From positions 1 through 49,256 of IMG/VR virus record IMGVR_UViG_3300027533_000028: 49,256 bases of DNA. One strand, written 5' to 3'. Numbering within the stretch: the first letter of the stretch is position 1; each line of letters starts with the position of its first letter. Positions 10,017 to 19,519 of this stretch are shown in pieces. Source of the DNA: a virus (taxonomy: Duplodnaviria > Caudoviricetes). The notes under the pieces were generated by a model. It saw nothing but the letters and a program-made list of their open reading frames with translations, had not been told where the DNA came from and ran no database searches. A program made the translations under genes and the position numbers.

Positions 10017-10367
10017 TTATGCTTTCAATTCAAGTATTGCGCTATTAATAACTTCATTACAGTTTTCAAAAATCAAATCAATACAAGGTGCAACTATCCC
10101 CGAAATGGTTATCGGTAAATCATTTGAGTAATCGCTTTCGGATGCAACCTGGATCACATAATGTCCTTCCATGAAGTTTAAATCGGAAGTATCAATGGTA
10201 ATTAATCCGTCTGCTGCGGATGTTTCGGATAAAAGGATTTTGCGCCCTGTTGCAGCGTTTAAAAGTTTAATGATAATAGGCGAATTGAGCAAAGTAATAT
10301 AACCTATTACAATTTCATCAATACATGATGGAATAGGTTTTGTTTGGTGGCACGTTTCGCAGTTCAT
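10017..10367 (-). CDS. Hypothetical Cys-rich protein (possibly virion)
   Basis: 116 aa, MNCETC...PSC N-terminus, beta-rich. Confidence 0.6.
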   Translation of the reverse strand: MNCETCHQTKPIPSCIDEIVIGYITLLNSPIIIKLLNAATGRKILLSETSAADGLITIDTSDLNFMEGHYVIQVASESDYSNDLPITISGIVAPCIDLIFENCNEVINSAILELKA

Positions 10368-10534
10368 GATTTTTTGTTTATTAATTCGCCTATTTCATCG
10401 TACAACTCTAAAACCTTTCTGGTTTTATTATTTAGCTGATCTACCAGATAAGAACTAATGTTTTTTTCTTTTTGATATTTTACAAAAAAATAAATAAATA
10501 GGACAAATACAATACAAAATAGATGGTACATCAT
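10364..10534 (-). CDS. Small membrane-anchored protein (56 aa)
   Basis: MMYHLFCIVFVLFIYFFVKYQKEK...; stop overlaps the next ATG (ATGA); below the ORF-track cutoff. Confidence 0.5.
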   Translation of the reverse strand: MMYHLFCIVFVLFIYFFVKYQKEKNISSYLVDQLNNKTRKVLELYDEIGELINKKS

Positions 10535-10562
10535 TTTATTTTTTAGTTTTCAAAAGCGCAGT

Positions 10563-10772
10563 TCATGCTATTATTAAATTATAAATTTCAGATAAGAAAA
10601 AAAGTACAATCATTAACGGAAGCCCTATAAATAAAGTTATGCATGTTAATGCTAATATCGGAAGCACAATAATTGATCTGATGAGTTTATTGTTTGTTAA
10701 ATACAATAATTTTATAGGGCATGTCATAAAATTAAGTGTGCGGTCTAATAACTTATAGGTAAAGTCTATCAT
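10563..10772 (-). CDS. Small hydrophobic protein
   Basis: 69 aa, long hydrophobic C-terminal half; TACTTTTG promoter-like box at 10791-10784. Confidence 0.55.
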   Translation of the reverse strand: MIDFTYKLLDRTLNFMTCPIKLLYLTNNKLIRSIIVLPILALTCITLFIGLPLMIVLFFLSEIYNLIIA

Positions 10773-10795
10773 ATTTTAGTTTTCAAAAGTAGTAT

Positions 10796-12091
10796 TTATT
10801 TCTTAAACATATTTTGGTTCTGATGATTTGAAATCCATTGGCGTAAATAATTGTGGATTCCGTAGCGTTCTGTATCGAGGTAGTCGGCTCTTTGGCTTAA
10901 ATCCTTTCGGTTGCGTTTAATAATCTCCCCATAGGAATTACACTGAACAGCCTTCATATCCCTGCATAACATCGGGCAAGTCTTTGGATTAATCCTGTAA
11001 TCAGGGAAGTTTGCTAAAACATAATTGACATCTGCACGCGAGTTTTCATGTGTCGGGTTTGACCTGACATTTAACTGCGTGTCTGTCATTCCCAAAAGCC
11101 TCAATAGCTGTTTATAGAGCGTTGCGTTATCCCGTTGACTAATATCACCCCTGTTTCCCATTGCATCACCTGTAAGCACCGCAGCATGAATCCATCGCCC
11201 GTATTTTGCTTTAATCGTATCTGCCATCATAGGAATTGAACCGTTATCTATTTCCGCTTCATCAAATACCCACCAATGGAATCCGGTTTGATCCTGCCAG
11301 TAATGCCCGAAAGTTACGGCAAAAGGATTAAGGTTAAAATCAACCCTGATAATTATCTGTCTATGAGGATGAAATATTGCGCCTTCGTTTTCGTGTTTAC
11401 TTGCATCGTACAAATGGCAGAAAGCATTTTCAGCAACTACATCAACATCATCTGCCAGGTACTCGCTTCTGAATATCGCATCAGGCAGTAGCATTCTTGC
11501 GCTTTCTATTTCAGATTTGTCAATGTAAGGGTTTGCGTGAGTAGGGTAGATGAATGTTTTCCAATCAGGATGGGTTAATTCATGTTTAGCAATTTCTTTG
11601 AAGTAAGTTATCCCTATTTTTGGGGTGCTGAAAAGATACGCATCCCCTTTATAATCGGTTAATGTCGGTCTGATGGTTTGTTCCCATGCCTGTTGAAACT
11701 TACCCGCCTTTTCGCATTCGTCAATGATTGCCCGATGGTATTTTCGCCCCCTGCCTGAATCGGGATCTTCCATGCTCCAAAAATCTGCTTTGCCACCGGT
11801 TACGAATCTCATTTGTTTTACCCCTTCGTCTTTAGCTTCTAAAATATCATGGAAAATAAACTTACAATGTTGCCAAACCTCATATAAATCTTTGTAAGTC
11901 GGAGTAAAAACCCCTACAACCCCATCCGCCAAAACTGTTTCACTTATTAACTCCTGACTTAATTCTGTTTTACCGAACCGCCTTCCGCACTTAATGACAT
12001 TGAACCTTTTACGGTTGTGAATGATTTCATCCTGTGATGGGTGAAGTTTCCGCAGCTTGACCTGAACATTAATTGTTTCACTCACGTACAA
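10796..12091 (-). CDS. terL: Terminase large subunit
   Basis: Walker A GRRFGKT, Walker B AIIDE, STP coupling motif, RNase H-like nuclease half (VDFN...DYLDT). Confidence 0.93.
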   Translation of the reverse strand: MYVSETINVQVKLRKLHPSQDEIIHNRKRFNVIKCGRRFGKTELSQELISETVLADGVVGVFTPTYKDLYEVWQHCKFIFHDILEAKDEGVKQMRFVTGGKADFWSMEDPDSGRGRKYHRAIIDECEKAGKFQQAWEQTIRPTLTDYKGDAYLFSTPKIGITYFKEIAKHELTHPDWKTFIYPTHANPYIDKSEIESARMLLPDAIFRSEYLADDVDVVAENAFCHLYDASKHENEGAIFHPHRQIIIRVDFNLNPFAVTFGHYWQDQTGFHWWVFDEAEIDNGSIPMMADTIKAKYGRWIHAAVLTGDAMGNRGDISQRDNATLYKQLLRLLGMTDTQLNVRSNPTHENSRADVNYVLANFPDYRINPKTCPMLCRDMKAVQCNSYGEIIKRNRKDLSQRADYLDTERYGIHNYLRQWISNHQNQNMFKK

Positions 12092-12350
12092 CCGTTATTA
12101 TCATTTTAGCGTCCCCTTCTTGCTTTACTTCGGTTCGTGCAAGTTTGGGTAATATGTATTCAGATAATTGGATTAAGAGGCTTACGGCTTGCGCAGGGTT
12201 TGTTTTAGCTGTTCTTTGTAACCAAGTATCAACATTATCGAGATTGCCGTCTATAATTGATTTAAACGCGGTTTTAATGTCTTTGGTAACTTTGTTTACG
12301 CTACCTTTTTGCCTTCCCCCTGTTTTTGGAGTGCCTTTGAGTTTTGACAT
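12078..12350 (-). CDS. terS: Terminase small subunit
   Basis: KTGGRQKGSVNK motif, directly upstream of and overlapping terL. Confidence 0.8.
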   Translation of the reverse strand: MSKLKGTPKTGGRQKGSVNKVTKDIKTAFKSIIDGNLDNVDTWLQRTAKTNPAQAVSLLIQLSEYILPKLARTEVKQEGDAKMIITVVRE

Positions 12351-12380
12351 TCTAAACTAATCTATTTTACAATCAATGGT

Positions 12381-12596
12381 TTAAGAGAAAAGTTTTTTTA
12401 TTTTACTATTATTATTTCCTGTAATAACAAAAATAATTTTCCCGTCTTTCTTCTTGTAAATATTGACATCGTTTCCGCAACTTAATTTGAATTGGTATTG
12501 TTGCCCATCATTTAAACTGCGCTCAATTTCAATATCCAACCTATTGACATCTAATTTAATCGCGGTTTCTTGAATAATATAATCAGGAATAATCAT
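12381..12596 (-). CDS. Hypothetical protein
   Basis: Likely start MIIPDY at 12596, just after the lipoprotein stop. Confidence 0.5.
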   Translation of the reverse strand: MIIPDYIIQETAIKLDVNRLDIEIERSLNDGQQYQFKLSCGNDVNIYKKKDGKIIFVITGNNNSKIKKLFS

Positions 12597-12600
12597 ACTT

Positions 12601-12999
12601 TTACTTTTTTGTAGCCACCACCGTATAATTATAAACATCAGAACCGTAGTCATAAGACATCACAAGATTCATTATCGGCTCTGTATAGGTTCCATTTCCT
12701 GTTACTGTCCAGGATTTACCATGATGGAATGTTTGTTTTTCAAAAGACAGTTTTGAACCGTTCACTTTCATAACAAGCGTATCAAAATTAAGTGTTTTTT
12801 CAATAATCTTCACTTCGGTATTGGTGTAATGAATAATCTCCCAATCAGGATCGGAATGATGATTTAATCCAATCATGCTTTTATCAACTGCGTACGTTCC
12901 ATAAATTGTACTTGGTATTTTTGAAGCAATAACAGGTTGTTCATCCTTTGAGCATGAAACAAATAACACAATCGCGAATAAATAAATTAACTTTTTCAT
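12601..12999 (-). CDS. Lipoprotein (lipocalin-like), possible superinfection-exclusion factor
   Basis: MKKLIYLFAIVLFVS-CSKDE lipobox; own promoter box TACATTTG at 13020-13013. Confidence 0.75.
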   Translation of the reverse strand: MKKLIYLFAIVLFVSCSKDEQPVIASKIPSTIYGTYAVDKSMIGLNHHSDPDWEIIHYTNTEVKIIEKTLNFDTLVMKVNGSKLSFEKQTFHHGKSWTVTGNGTYTEPIMNLVMSYDYGSDVYNYTVVATKK

Positions 13000-13024
13000 G
13001 TGTTTAGATTTACAAATGTATAAA

Positions 13025-13258
13025 TTAATTTGAATCTTTAAATTCCCCACATAAATAACATTTATGAACATGCTTGTAATTTCGAGTAGTGCGCACCCAT
13101 TTATGTTTACATGGCAAATACCTTTTTTTAACAAGCCACTCAATAAATTCAATCATTTGGAAATAATCAATTTCATCACAATCTACCGGAAATTGAATTA
13201 ACGGATAATTTTTAGCAAAAAACTGTTCGGCTTTATTTTCTATTTCTCTGGTAGTCAT
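13025..13258 (-). CDS. Hypothetical Zn-ribbon protein
   Basis: CKHKW...CYLCG. Confidence 0.55.
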   Translation of the reverse strand: MTTREIENKAEQFFAKNYPLIQFPVDCDEIDYFQMIEFIEWLVKKRYLPCKHKWVRTTRNYKHVHKCYLCGEFKDSN

Positions 13259-13596
13259 TTTAAATAATCTGTTACAATTTTTTCAAACTCATCGAAGCTC
13301 CTGAATATTTTGCAATCATATCCGCGTGAGATTGCTTTTAAGCGGAAGGTTATTTGGTTTTCGGTTAATCCGTTTTTGCCTGATTTACATTCTAACCATA
13401 AGCCCGAAAACTCTTTATTTGGTTCCATCAAAAGTAAATCCCATACTCCGGCTAAAACTCCTTCGATTTTTAATCGGGCGGCTTCGCGTGCATTGCGTTT
13501 TCCGCCATTTGGGATTGAAAACAATATCTTTTCGGGATGCTGATAACGAAACCATCGGACACAGGAAATTTGAAGGATTGATTCCGGATGGTTCAT
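13255..13596 (-). CDS. VRR-NUC domain nuclease
   Basis: ESILQ...IPNGGKR...GVLAGVWDL...LECKS...TENQ, PD-(D/E)xK pattern. Confidence 0.88.
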   Translation of the reverse strand: MNHPESILQISCVRWFRYQHPEKILFSIPNGGKRNAREAARLKIEGVLAGVWDLLLMEPNKEFSGLWLECKSGKNGLTENQITFRLKAISRGYDCKIFRSFDEFEKIVTDYLK

Positions 13597-14582
13597 TGTT
13601 CAAATGTTAATTCTTCCTGTGTTGCTTTTTTGAACCTTGCTTTCGCTTCGCCCATATTCATAATAGCTTGTTTGTAATAAGAATCTTTTAATTCTATCCC
13701 GATTGCTTTTCTACCCATTGAGACCGGACTAAAAACTTCCGAACCAACTCCCATAAATGGGGTAAAAACGAGTTCATTCGGATTGCTGTAAAGTTCTACT
13801 AAGCGATCAATAACATCTAACTGCAATGGGTGTACGTGCTTTTCGTCATCCTCTTCGCGGCTTTCTTTGAACGGTAAAACATTATCAATTCGGACATCAT
13901 CCCAAACGCTTGAGGCGTATCTCTGCCAGATCAGGTGTGACATTTTATTTTCTTTGGGATCTCCATCAAAATTTTGCCATTTCTTTTTAAAGTCTGAATA
14001 GTTACCGTAGGTTTCAATATGCGCAGGCAAAAATGGAGTTTCGCCAAAATAATCATTTAACCCGAATAGGTGTGTTACAGGAACGGTATTTTCTCCGTTC
14101 TTGGTGAATATTAAAACATAGTCCGGCATTGCTGTAAAACATCTTGTTGTGTCCTCAACTATAAATTTGTGCATTAATGATTGTACCATTGTACGCATCC
14201 GAACTTTCAAAGGTTCTTTCCAAATGGTTATACGGTTGCGATAATGAAAACCATGTTTTTCGTGCAGTTTAATTATTTCGTGTGGAAAATCCCAAAGGTA
14301 ACTTTTGTTGTCGTGAATATCGGTACAATGAACCGCGTTTATCCTTCCTGGTTTTGTTACGCGCGACATTTCAGCAATCAGGAAATCGTATTGCTGTAAA
14401 AATTGTTCTTTGCTTTCGCAGTTTGAAAAATCATTTTCAGAACTCGAATAATTGTACAGCCCCGCAAATGGAGGGGAGTAAATAGATAAATCCACACTTG
14501 CATCCGGCAAGGTCGGCAGCACGTACATACAATCTGAATTGTATAGTGCATAATTTTCTGTAATTAATTGCTCTTTTATCAT
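13593..14582 (-). CDS. DNA N4-cytosine/N6-adenine methyltransferase (beta class)
   Basis: SPPF catalytic motif near the N-terminus; HVHPLQ and FTPFMGVGS SAM-binding motif near the C-terminus. Confidence 0.9.
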   Translation of the reverse strand: MIKEQLITENYALYNSDCMYVLPTLPDASVDLSIYSPPFAGLYNYSSSENDFSNCESKEQFLQQYDFLIAEMSRVTKPGRINAVHCTDIHDNKSYLWDFPHEIIKLHEKHGFHYRNRITIWKEPLKVRMRTMVQSLMHKFIVEDTTRCFTAMPDYVLIFTKNGENTVPVTHLFGLNDYFGETPFLPAHIETYGNYSDFKKKWQNFDGDPKENKMSHLIWQRYASSVWDDVRIDNVLPFKESREEDDEKHVHPLQLDVIDRLVELYSNPNELVFTPFMGVGSEVFSPVSMGRKAIGIELKDSYYKQAIMNMGEAKARFKKATQEELTFEQ

Positions 14583-14589
14583 AGCTGTT

Positions 14590-15966
14590 TTAGTTTAAAA
14601 ATTTAGGTAATTTGATTTTTTTATTAAACTCTTTTTTATCTATTCTGAAATCTGAATTTACTTGTGTTGTTAAATTTTCAAACATCTGAATCGCTTTATC
14701 TTTTTTTATCATCAGGCTTTCCATTATTCGGGTTTGCCCATCTGATAAAATTAAATCAACAATCACTTCTCTTTTCTGCCCGAACCTCCAGAACCGCCTT
14801 ATGGCTTGGTAATATTGTTCGTAAGAGTAGGTTGGGAAGTATGTTGTATGATTGCAATGTTGCCAATTTAAACCGAAAGCTGTTATTGATGTTTTAGTAA
14901 TTAGTTTTTTTATTTCGCCTTTTGAAAATGAAAGTAAAACTTCCTCTTTTTCATCAATATTCATTTTGCCTTTTACCTCAACTGTTGATTTGTCAAGTTT
15001 AGAAATCAGGTCCGCTTCATCATTTAAGTTTACCCAATAAACAGAAATATCGTGTTCGTTAGCTTTGCTTACTGCCATTTCGCAACGCTCATGAATTGTT
15101 GCGCGAACTTCGGCTTTGATTTCAAAAAAGTTTTGTGCGGGAAAATTAAACATTTGGCTTTGCCCGTTTATTGTTAAAGGATTTTTATTTGCTACAATCG
15201 TTTCAAATTCTTGTAACTCCGGCAAGATAAATCTTGAATCATCAAAACCTAAATCACTTGGCTTTCGCATTGAGATAGCCCATGATGATATCCATTGCCA
15301 GAATGACTTTTCAGCGTGTGATTTTAAATACCATTCTTCACCCGCCCGATGCTGACCGCTTGCTTTGATTGTGTTATTGTTGTTCTTAAAAAATTTTGTA
15401 AGCATATCAGTATATCCCAAATACCCCAAAGCCTCTGAGCTTGTACCGAGTTCAATATAATCATTCGGGCTTGGTGTTGCTGTGAATAAATACCGGTATT
15501 TGGTTTTACGAACAAAGTTAGTAATTGCTTGCTTTGTCGCGCCTTCAAAGTTTTTTAAAATACTGCTTTCGTCAAGAATAACACAATCGAAATCGTGAGA
15601 ATTAAAATGTTCTAATCTTTCGTAATTACAAACTACAATTTTTGTTTTATAGCCGCCATTTTTTGAGTATGAAATATCGTCAATGCCAAATTTTTCAGCT
15701 TCTTTTATAAACTGAAACGCAACCGCCAAAGGGCAAATAATTAATACGGGTTTATTAGTCTGCTGAATATAATTTTTAGCAATCGCAAGTTCAATAATTG
15801 TTTTACCTAAACCGGTGTCAAGAAACACGGCGCAACGACCTTTTTTGATTGCGTAGTTGGTTACGTGCTTTTGAAAATCAAACATGGCATCAGGAATAAA
15901 ATTTGGCTCGATTCCGTAATTCTCTGTTGAGTGTCTTTTGCTTTCTAAAAATGCTGTATATTCCAT
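14590..15966 (-). CDS. SNF2-like/DExx superfamily 2 helicase
   Basis: LDTGLGKT, ILDESS, TATP, GLNWQ, QAIRRFWRFGQ motifs. Confidence 0.88.
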   Translation of the reverse strand: MEYTAFLESKRHSTENYGIEPNFIPDAMFDFQKHVTNYAIKKGRCAVFLDTGLGKTIIELAIAKNYIQQTNKPVLIICPLAVAFQFIKEAEKFGIDDISYSKNGGYKTKIVVCNYERLEHFNSHDFDCVILDESSILKNFEGATKQAITNFVRKTKYRYLFTATPSPNDYIELGTSSEALGYLGYTDMLTKFFKNNNNTIKASGQHRAGEEWYLKSHAEKSFWQWISSWAISMRKPSDLGFDDSRFILPELQEFETIVANKNPLTINGQSQMFNFPAQNFFEIKAEVRATIHERCEMAVSKANEHDISVYWVNLNDEADLISKLDKSTVEVKGKMNIDEKEEVLLSFSKGEIKKLITKTSITAFGLNWQHCNHTTYFPTYSYEQYYQAIRRFWRFGQKREVIVDLILSDGQTRIMESLMIKKDKAIQMFENLTTQVNSDFRIDKKEFNKKIKLPKFLN

Positions 15967-15971
15967 AGTTT

Positions 15972-17348
15972 TTAATTTATCGTTTCAAATCGCGAGAGTT
16001 CTCCGTAAAATATTTCTTCAAAGTAAACTTCGCTTTTGCCATGCCGGTTTTTAATTACTCCGAGTTCAGAAATCCGGTTGTGGGTTTCCTCTTGCTGATC
16101 TTTGTAGTCGGGATCTTCGTTGAATTTATAATATACCGAAGGGCGGTAAAGCGAAAGTATTAAATCTGCATCCTGTTCAAGCTGTCCTGAATATCGTAAA
16201 TCTGATTTGATCGGGCGTTTGTCCTGTCGCCTTTCAACTTCCCTGCTTAACTGACACAAAGCCATGATCGGTATTTTTAATTCTTTTGCAAGGTTTTTTA
16301 ATGCTGTTGAAATCGAAGCAATCTTTAGTTCTTCGGATTGAAATTTCTGTTTATCGTTAGGGGACATCAACTGTAAATAATCAATAAAAATCATATCTAA
16401 TCCGTATTTCTTTTTGCGCTCATTACAAACCTGGCGGATGTAGTTTGGGGTGATGGATGTTTTTTCGTTCAGGTAAATTTGCATGCTCCTTATAACCTGG
16501 TGAGCTTCTTTTATCTTCTGTAAATCATAGCCCTCAATATGCGATTCCATGATTTTATTCGCATAGACATTTGATTGTTCGATAATCTGTTTTTTAATTA
16601 ATTGGGTTGCTGACATTTCGAGTGAAAATATAGCTACTTTTTTGCCATGCTCGCAGGCTTTTTTAACAAAGTTTATCATTCGGGTAGATTTACCCATTGA
16701 AGGTCTGGCGCAAAGAATTATAAAATCAGTTGCCGCCCATCCGCCTGTGATTGCGTTCAGCTTGCTTACTCCGGTATCAATACCGGTGAATCCCGATTGC
16801 GCCTGGTTAATGATTTCATTTACTGCGGTATCAACAAATTTATAATAATCAAGTTCGTAATCTTTATGAATCAGGTACTCGTTTATTCGGGAATTAAAAT
16901 TATCGAATTGGTGAATAGTATCAAATAAATCTACGGTTTCATCATAGGATTTTTTAATAATTTCCGAACAGTTTTTAATAATTTCCCTTTTAATAAACTT
17001 TTCAGTAATAATCCTGACATGGGTTTCAATGTTCGGAGCGTAACCTAAACCGGCTGTTAATGACATTAATTTTTCATATCCCCCGATTTCATCATACTTA
17101 CCCATTGACAATAATTCCTGCATGACTGTTTTTAAATCAACTGAATCATTCCGGTTGTAAAGGTTCTGCATAGCGATAAAAATATTACTGTGTGATTCTT
17201 TGTAAAAAAATTCCGGTTTCATAAACCCGATATTTTCAGCCAGTATTTCTTTTTGCGAAATAAAGAAACCGAGTACAGCAACCTCTAATTCGGGTGCCTG
17301 CGGAGGAATATTTCCGTTAAATCTTGGTTCGTTTTGCGGATGGTTCAT
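15972..17348 (-). CDS. dnaB: Replicative DNA helicase
   Basis: PPQAPELEVAVLG N-domain; ARPSMGKS, FSLEMS, IDYLQL, QLSREVE, DLRYSGQLEQDAD, KNRHG. Confidence 0.95.
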   Translation of the reverse strand: MNHPQNEPRFNGNIPPQAPELEVAVLGFFISQKEILAENIGFMKPEFFYKESHSNIFIAMQNLYNRNDSVDLKTVMQELLSMGKYDEIGGYEKLMSLTAGLGYAPNIETHVRIITEKFIKREIIKNCSEIIKKSYDETVDLFDTIHQFDNFNSRINEYLIHKDYELDYYKFVDTAVNEIINQAQSGFTGIDTGVSKLNAITGGWAATDFIILCARPSMGKSTRMINFVKKACEHGKKVAIFSLEMSATQLIKKQIIEQSNVYANKIMESHIEGYDLQKIKEAHQVIRSMQIYLNEKTSITPNYIRQVCNERKKKYGLDMIFIDYLQLMSPNDKQKFQSEELKIASISTALKNLAKELKIPIMALCQLSREVERRQDKRPIKSDLRYSGQLEQDADLILSLYRPSVYYKFNEDPDYKDQQEETHNRISELGVIKNRHGKSEVYFEEIFYGELSRFETIN

Positions 17349-17979
17349 GTGGTGTATTAAGGGTTTTTACCTGACCATTTCTTTCTAATTTAAGCCTAAT
17401 CCATGAACGGATAGTAAGGTTTGCAGATTCATAGTCTTTATGCAGGTTTGGTTTATTCTGCATTCCTTCCATTGTTTTAAAAACTAATTCATTTCCGTAT
17501 TCTTTTTCAAGTCTTTCCGCCTGAATTGATGTCAGGGGTTCTTTCATTTTTAACAGTTTCGGAAATTCACTTTTAATTTTTTCAATATACGTATGTTCTT
17601 TTATTACATTAACAGTATCATTAACATTAACAGTTACATTAACAGGTTGAAAGGCTTGAGGTGGCTCAACGGTTTCAAGGGTGGCTTGAGGTGGCTTGGA
17701 TTTTTTAAGCCTTCTCATAGCTGCACTTTTTAACCCCCCCTCCCTGCCGGCTGCGGATAATATCTGTTTTGTGCTTTCCCATTCTTTTAAATCCCTTTTA
17801 AGTTGGTGCTTAATTGATTCAAATGATAACTCTATAATTCTGTTTTCAGGTACAGGATTCTGATCATTAACATATCTAAAAAGATGTTTTAGTAATTGTC
17901 CGGCTTCTATATCTGTTAATTTTTCTATCATGTGTATTAAATCGCAATACAGAATGAATGATTTTTTATTTTCCGCCAT
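17317..17979 (-). CDS. Replication initiator (DUF6291-like N-terminus)
   Basis: MAENKKSFILYCD...AGQLLKHL...AGREGG motif, directly upstream of dnaB; start reassigned to 17979. Confidence 0.7.
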   Translation of the reverse strand: MAENKKSFILYCDLIHMIEKLTDIEAGQLLKHLFRYVNDQNPVPENRIIELSFESIKHQLKRDLKEWESTKQILSAAGREGGLKSAAMRRLKKSKPPQATLETVEPPQAFQPVNVTVNVNDTVNVIKEHTYIEKIKSEFPKLLKMKEPLTSIQAERLEKEYGNELVFKTMEGMQNKPNLHKDYESANLTIRSWIRLKLERNGQVKTLNTPHEPSAKRTKI

Positions 17980-18166
17980 AAACCGTATTGTAATAATCCT
18001 GTCTTTTTTTAACAAGCAAATCAATTTCTTTTACAATCGGAATAGCTTTCTGGAAGTCATTATTTACAAGACAAAGCTTTTCTTTTAAATCGTTAATCTG
18101 ATTATTAATATCAATAATATTTTCGTCTTTAGATCGAGTAAAATTAATTATAGATTTATTCATCAT
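17966..18166 (-). CDS. Hypothetical protein
   Basis: 66-aa ORF following a structured leader. Confidence 0.5.
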   Translation of the reverse strand: MMNKSIINFTRSKDENIIDINNQINDLKEKLCLVNNDFQKAIPIVKEIDLLVKKRQDYYNTVYGGK

Positions 18167-18172
18167 AAAGCA

Positions 18173-18305
18173 CCCGACAAGATGAGCGGAATCATTAAAA
18201 GGTATGCGAACACCTGATGCAAAACCGCTCCGTCTTGCGGGATATTTTTAAATAAGAATTTTAATTTGGTTTCGCATTTAATTAATGATTCAGTTTGCAA
18301 GTGTA
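18173..18305 (-). promoter_or_regulatory. Promoter plus C4/CI-like structured leader of the replication operon
   Basis: TACACTTG box 18305-18298; long stem 18241-18225 / 18189-18173; loop sequences complementary to upstream 18291-18282 (10/10) and 18277-18271 (7/7). Confidence 0.65.
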
Positions 18306-18367
18306 ATATAAATATTCAACCTATTTTAAATTGTTAATAAATATTTTAGGGAAGTTTTGAACAGTTT

Positions 18368-18988
18368 TTAAAACAATGTTGATTGAGTTGTATTGTTCTT
18401 TCTTATTATTTCTCTTGCACAATCGAAAATATATAAACCCAATTCAGGATCAACCATATTTCGCAGTGTTTTACCCTTATCATCAATATCCTGGTCAGAT
18501 AAATTAAACCCGTAAACAGTAGAACTGTCTTTTATTTCTGTGTGTTTGCGCTCATCTGTAACCTCAAAATTTCCTATTCTGAAATTTGTCCAGTAAATAT
18601 GCCTGTGAAGTTTTGCGGTTGGTCTGATTAACGGCTCATAATACGGGATAACATTTTCAACACAAAATTTTCCTTTATGCCAATTCTGTAAAACAATAAT
18701 CTCCTGGTAAAGTTTCATGTCAGGATAAGTAATTTTATGAGTATTACTTACAATCATTGTTTGAAGTTTTGAATGTGAGGGGCAGGGGGGGCTTGCCCAA
18801 ATAAAATCAAAATTATCAATGTGATTAATCAAATATTCGTGAGCATCCCCGACAACTACATTATCGCCTGGAAAGTTTTGCTGATAAACCTTAGCGATTT
18901 TAGCATCATATTCAACTGCCGTTACCTCGCAATCTTCCCAAAGTTTACGGTTGCCGCCAATACCGGCATAAAGATTTAGTATTTTCAT
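18368..18988 (-). CDS. DNA cytosine-5 methyltransferase (short form)
   Basis: Motif I LYAGIGG, motif IV SPPC, motif VI ENV. Confidence 0.88.
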   Translation of the reverse strand: MKILNLYAGIGGNRKLWEDCEVTAVEYDAKIAKVYQQNFPGDNVVVGDAHEYLINHIDNFDFIWASPPCPSHSKLQTMIVSNTHKITYPDMKLYQEIIVLQNWHKGKFCVENVIPYYEPLIRPTAKLHRHIYWTNFRIGNFEVTDERKHTEIKDSSTVYGFNLSDQDIDDKGKTLRNMVDPELGLYIFDCAREIIRKNNTTQSTLF

Positions 18989-19305
18989 TTTATCTGGTAC
19001 CTATGATTCATTTTCCCATATTCCTCCAAAACCATTTCATCTTTTCCGAGTTTTAAAAGTTTACCTTTATTTTTTAAAACAGTTATCGCACGTTTGCAGG
19101 AATCCTGGTTTAATCCGGTGCGCCTTTTAACTTCTAAAGCTGTCAGCTTCTCCCCCGATTCAAACACTTTTAAAACTACCGCCTCCTGACCTTTTGCGTC
19201 TTTGGTGAATTGTTTTAGTTCGGGCTTAGGTGCTGAAATTGTATTAAACCAACATCTTTCTGTTCCTAACACAGTTTCTCCAAATAATTCAATTTGTTTG
19301 TTCAT
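18985..19305 (-). CDS. Winged-helix DNA-binding protein
   Basis: LTALEVKRRTGLNQDSCKRAITVLKNKGKL pattern. Confidence 0.6.
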   Translation of the reverse strand: MNKQIELFGETVLGTERCWFNTISAPKPELKQFTKDAKGQEAVVLKVFESGEKLTALEVKRRTGLNQDSCKRAITVLKNKGKLLKLGKDEMVLEEYGKMNHRYQIK

Positions 19306-19519
19306 AAAGTTCGATAAATTGTTCAGTTGTTTTATACTCTAATTTATTTCCGTTCCACCATAAACCATCATCTTTAAAATAAGTCCATCCTGAAAAAGTT
19401 GCCATAAATTCGGCAAAGGATTTCATCTCCTCTTTTGTTGCTTCCGTACACGCCCTTACTATATCATCAGAATCGTATAGATCAACGGCTTTATAAATTT
19501 TCTGTTCTACTTTTTTCAT
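19289..19519 (-). CDS. Hypothetical protein
   Basis: 76 aa, overlapping neighbours. Confidence 0.6.
   Translation of the reverse strand: MKKVEQKIYKAVDLYDSDDIVRACTEATKEEMKSFAEFMATFSGWTYFKDDGLWWNGNKLEYKTTEQFIELYEQTN

Noticed and set aside
13593-15966. DISARM/BREX-like defence system
   Set aside because: Only a helicase-MTase pair within the replication module; no other components present
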